A DNA stretch of 18,798 bases, taken from positions 1-18,798 of the forward strand of contig JAPDJH010000008.1 in assembly GCA_029259175.1 (NCBI GenBank). Reading direction: 5' to 3'. This document shows positions 16,533-18,798 of this stretch, piece by piece. Position 1 is the stretch's first letter, and the number at the start of each line of letters is the position of its first letter. Made by a program: the position numbers and the translations under genes. The notes under the pieces were generated by a model. It was not told the origin of the DNA, ran no database searches, and saw only the letters and a list, made by a program, of their open reading frames with translations. The stretch is from Hadesarchaea archaeon (GTDB lineage Archaea; Hadarchaeota; Hadarchaeia; Hadarchaeales; Hadarchaeaceae).

Positions 16533-17038
16533 CACGACCACACCTCGACGCGCAGGACAATCCGCTCGGAGGGGAATCTTAGAGACGGGACGCTGAGTTC
16601 GCGTGTGGCCAGCAGATGGCTGAACCCGGTGCGCTCGTCTACAGAGAATCTGCAATTCTCGCCTGGAATGCTGACTTCAAACAAATAACCAAACCGACCG
16701 CCGAACACCCGATTCATCCAAGAGCGGATCCGTTCTTCTACAATCCCCCCGAGTTCCTCCGGGGAGCCGCGCTGTTGTGCGAACCACATGTCCTCACAGA
16801 GTTCGGCTAGCGTCCGTCCGCCGTTGAGTTCGGTGGCTCCTAGCAGATCTCCGCGTTGGAGCTGAACTCGGCCGGCATCGGCGGCGCTCCACAACAAGAG
16901 CGCGTCTCTGATCAGTCCGCTCTCGCGAGCGCTCGCCTGTCGCTGGCAGTCCAGTCCTTGAGAGACTGCCGCGACAAAAACCGATGCCAAACACGCAAAA
17001 ACCAGCAGGTCGGCAAACACCGCCGCACCCCTCACCAC
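16532..17038 (-). CDS. Pilin-like protein (class III signal peptide)
   Basis: (V)RGA|AVFADLLVFACLASVFVAAV; start 17038 or 17035 (GTGA overlap); ends in ..LRVEVWS. Confidence 0.7.
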   Translation of the reverse strand: MVRGAAVFADLLVFACLASVFVAAVSQGLDCQRQASARESGLIRDALLLWSAADAGRVQLQRGDLLGATELNGGRTLAELCEDMWFAQQRGSPEELGGIVEERIRSWMNRVFGGRFGYLFEVSIPGENCRFSVDERTGFSHLLATRELSVPSLRFPSERIVLRVEVWS

Positions 17039-17415
17039 ACGCTCACCTCGATCCAGCCGGGTGTGGTCAGCCCGGAAGGGCTTTTCACCCCGCTGAACAC
17101 CAGAACCGAGCTCACACTCGGAGGCGGCTCTGGGCCATGCGAGAACGTCTCGCCTTCGCTCCGGATTTCGATGTGGAACTCGAAACCCAACGCGCCCAGT
17201 CTGGCTTCTGCTTTTTCAGCCCATTCCTCCAACGGAAAGAGCTCGTCCCAAACGCGGTTCCGAACTTCTTCTGCGAGTTCCTCTGCCAGCTGGAGAGCCG
17301 TGCTGTGCCTTTCGGCCTCGCTCCGTTGCTGAACCGTATGGGCGACACCCACCGCGGAGAGCACCAGAATCGCTCCGGCGAATCCCAGGGCCAACAGGGT
17401 GGCTGGGGCGTGCAT
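17032..17415 (-). CDS. Pilin-like N-terminally anchored protein (127 aa)
   Basis: ATG 17415 in TGATG overlap with GGAGG SD; N-terminal hydrophobic helix but no clear basic leader; ends in ..GWIEVSVW. Confidence 0.65.
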   Translation of the reverse strand: MHAPATLLALGFAGAILVLSAVGVAHTVQQRSEAERHSTALQLAEELAEEVRNRVWDELFPLEEWAEKAEARLGALGFEFHIEIRSEGETFSHGPEPPPSVSSVLVFSGVKSPSGLTTPGWIEVSVW

Positions 17416-17858
17416 CACACGACCTCCAGCGCAACACGGCAAGCGTCGCCGCTCTTATGAATTCTAACAAAGCGGGGATTGACTACCACCAGGTGGAAAT
17501 TTCCAGCGTTGACTTGCAAACCCGTCTGTGATTCTAGCTCAGCGGATGCGGAGCCCGACACGCGCAGCCTCACGTGCTGAACACGGGATCTGATCTCCCC
17601 CCAAATCTCTAGTCGGAGAGGATCGCGCACCGGCAGCGGTAGGTTGAGATCTACTTCACCATCGACCGCGCTTACCAGCTGGAGCGGACGAACGATCGCT
17701 CTCAGGATTTGAAATCCGCGCTCACGCTCGGCGAATCGCTGACTCGAGTCCCACATCACGAGAGCAACACAGAGCAGGGCCAAGATCCCAATCGCCCACA
17801 AGCTCCTGCTCATCAAAAACTCGCTAACCAGAACTCCGCTCACGCGAACACCAGCCAC
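17415..17858 (-). CDS. Pilin-like protein
   Basis: RVSG|VLVSEFLMSRSLWAIGILALLCVALVMW (+5 Glu); alternative start GTG 17843 (GTGA overlap). Confidence 0.65.
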   Translation of the reverse strand: MAGVRVSGVLVSEFLMSRSLWAIGILALLCVALVMWDSSQRFAERERGFQILRAIVRPLQLVSAVDGEVDLNLPLPVRDPLRLEIWGEIRSRVQHVRLRVSGSASAELESQTGLQVNAGNFHLVVVNPRFVRIHKSGDACRVALEVV

Positions 17859-18229
17859 GCTCGCCCGTTCTCAAACGCGAGCCGGATCTCGTGAGAGCCC
17901 TGAACCAAAACAGCCGGCTGAGCAGACGGCAACGGCAAAATCAGCGAAGAAACGGGCTGTTCTCCCAGCCACAGCGAGGCAGCACGATTTTCTATCACTA
18001 TGCTGCCCGTTGACACCATGTCAAACTTCTCGGCTGAGCTCACCCCTCCGGCCACTCTGCGCAACGCCTCCTCGAATCGTTGGAAGTCCTTCAAAGCTAA
18101 TGCTTGATCGTCCAGCCGGTGCGCCACCTGCAGGCCTGAAACACCAACGGCCAACACAGCACTCGCCAGAACCATGGAGAGCACTAGGACTACCGGGAAG
18201 TCGCTCACAGCCCTGCGGCCGAACCCCAT
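17840..18229 (-). CDS. Pilin-like protein (class III signal peptide)
   Basis: MGFGRRA|VSDFPVVLVLSMVLASAVLAVGV, followed by a long helix and beta strands. Confidence 0.75.
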   Translation of the reverse strand: MGFGRRAVSDFPVVLVLSMVLASAVLAVGVSGLQVAHRLDDQALALKDFQRFEEALRRVAGGVSSAEKFDMVSTGSIVIENRAASLWLGEQPVSSLILPLPSAQPAVLVQGSHEIRLAFENGRAWLVFA

Positions 18230-18233
18230 GCGA

Positions 18234-18605
18234 TCACGTCGCGATCTGGCCTTCCCACGGGAGATACTGGGAGTGGGTCACGCGGACGGTGACAATGGTG
18301 TTTCGCGGAACCAAGAAGCTGAAGCTGTTCGACGAATTGGTTTTGGCTTGGGAACCACCAGGATAGGAGACCTGCACTGTCGCCCCCGAAACGGGTTCGC
18401 CGGAGGAGGCGTCGTTGACTTTGACGACAAGTCGTTTCTGTGTGCTGGAGTACCTGCTGGTATCGAGATGCACATCGAGATCGCGGATCACCGAACGCTC
18501 TGCGGTTCCGATGAACTGGACGAGAACGCCCAAGCACAGAGTGCCTATCATCAGCGCCATTACCAGCCGGATGGGGATATCGAGTAGCTCACCACGCTCG
18601 TTCAT
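18234..18605 (-). CDS. Pilin-like protein with Ig-like/carboxypeptidase-regulatory-like domain
   Basis: MNERG|ELLDIPIRLVMALMIGTLCLGVLV signal; VKVNDASSGEPVSGATVQV...AKTN beta-sandwich motif; first gene of the operon. Confidence 0.78.
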   Translation of the reverse strand: MNERGELLDIPIRLVMALMIGTLCLGVLVQFIGTAERSVIRDLDVHLDTSRYSSTQKRLVVKVNDASSGEPVSGATVQVSYPGGSQAKTNSSNSFSFLVPRNTIVTVRVTHSQYLPWEGQIAT

Positions 18606-18634
18606 TTGGTTTTCCCGCTGGCCTTTTGGGCTGG

Positions 18635-18650
18635 AGGTTGCTTATAAAGA
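18635..18650 (-). promoter_or_regulatory. TATA-containing promoter element TCTTTATAAGCAACCT (copy 2) for the pilin-like operon
   Basis: Identical to 886-901; TATA about 36 nt upstream of ATG 18605. Confidence 0.7.
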
Positions 18651-18797
18651 GGAAAAACAGCGGTCTTGGTGACGCAGGAGCACAAGGTCGTGGGGCTGGC
18701 GAGGCTCAAGGGGATTGGGTGTGTCTTCGTGGGGCCGGCGGAGGTCGCACGGGTGATCGACGGTAAGCTTAGAGAGTTGGAAAAAGCCGGGAAGTGA
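18648..18797 (+). pseudogene. Probable C-terminal remnant of a PIN-like (DUF5615/Mut7-C-type) gene, or a 42-aa small ORF from GTG 18669
   Basis: Manual translation: RGKTAVLVTQEHKVVGLARLKGIGCVFVGPAEVARVIDGKLRELEKAGK*. It resembles the 'lvTqD....lA...Gi.cv.v' end of PIN-like proteins, and an in-frame TAA lies just upstream. Confidence 0.4.
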
Positions 18798-18798
18798 T

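Noticed and set aside
14763-18605. Archaellum (fla/arl) operon
   Set aside because: No archaellin N-terminal consensus (GIGTLIVFIAMVLVAAV-like) and no ArlH/I/J genes.
886-18650. The 16-bp direct repeat as att sites of an integrated element
   Set aside because: The enclosed DNA is core housekeeping genes, there is no integrase or tRNA, and both copies sit at promoter positions.
1-18798. CRISPR arrays, tRNA/rRNA genes, inteins in Lhr or FttA
   Set aside because: No regularly spaced repeats or cloverleaf-like sequences seen in the short intergenic gaps; protein lengths and motif spacing leave no room for inteins.

Overview
GC-rich archaeal chromosomal segment. SepF, egsA, a proteasome beta subunit and aCPSF1 point to a euryarchaeote-like lineage with FtsZ-type division; the exact taxon cannot be fixed from this window. 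The core is a housekeeping block: cyclophilin-like protein, egsA, psmB-aCPSF1/FttA, ZPR1-sepF-PUA, lsm-rpl37e, lhr, DUF72, MBL hydrolase, a long HtpX-like protease, DUF504 and a CPA2 antiporter. At the left edge, the right end of a probable IS6-family element appears to interrupt a small ribbon-helix-helix/antitoxin-like gene just downstream of a divergent PIN-domain gene. At the right edge is a tightly coupled six-gene minus-strand operon of membrane-anchored, mostly class III signal peptide (type IV pilin-like) proteins, with no ATPase or platform gene in the window, followed by a probable PIN-gene remnant. Two non-coding signals stand out. (1) An extended TATA-containing promoter element is shared by the PIN gene, the pilin-like operon (16/16 identical) and a small hypothetical gene (14/16), suggesting a possible regulon. 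(2) A 28-bp 11-6-11 inverted repeat at 968-995 resembles a Xer/dif-type site or a transcription factor operator. All family calls come from motif recognition, not database searches.
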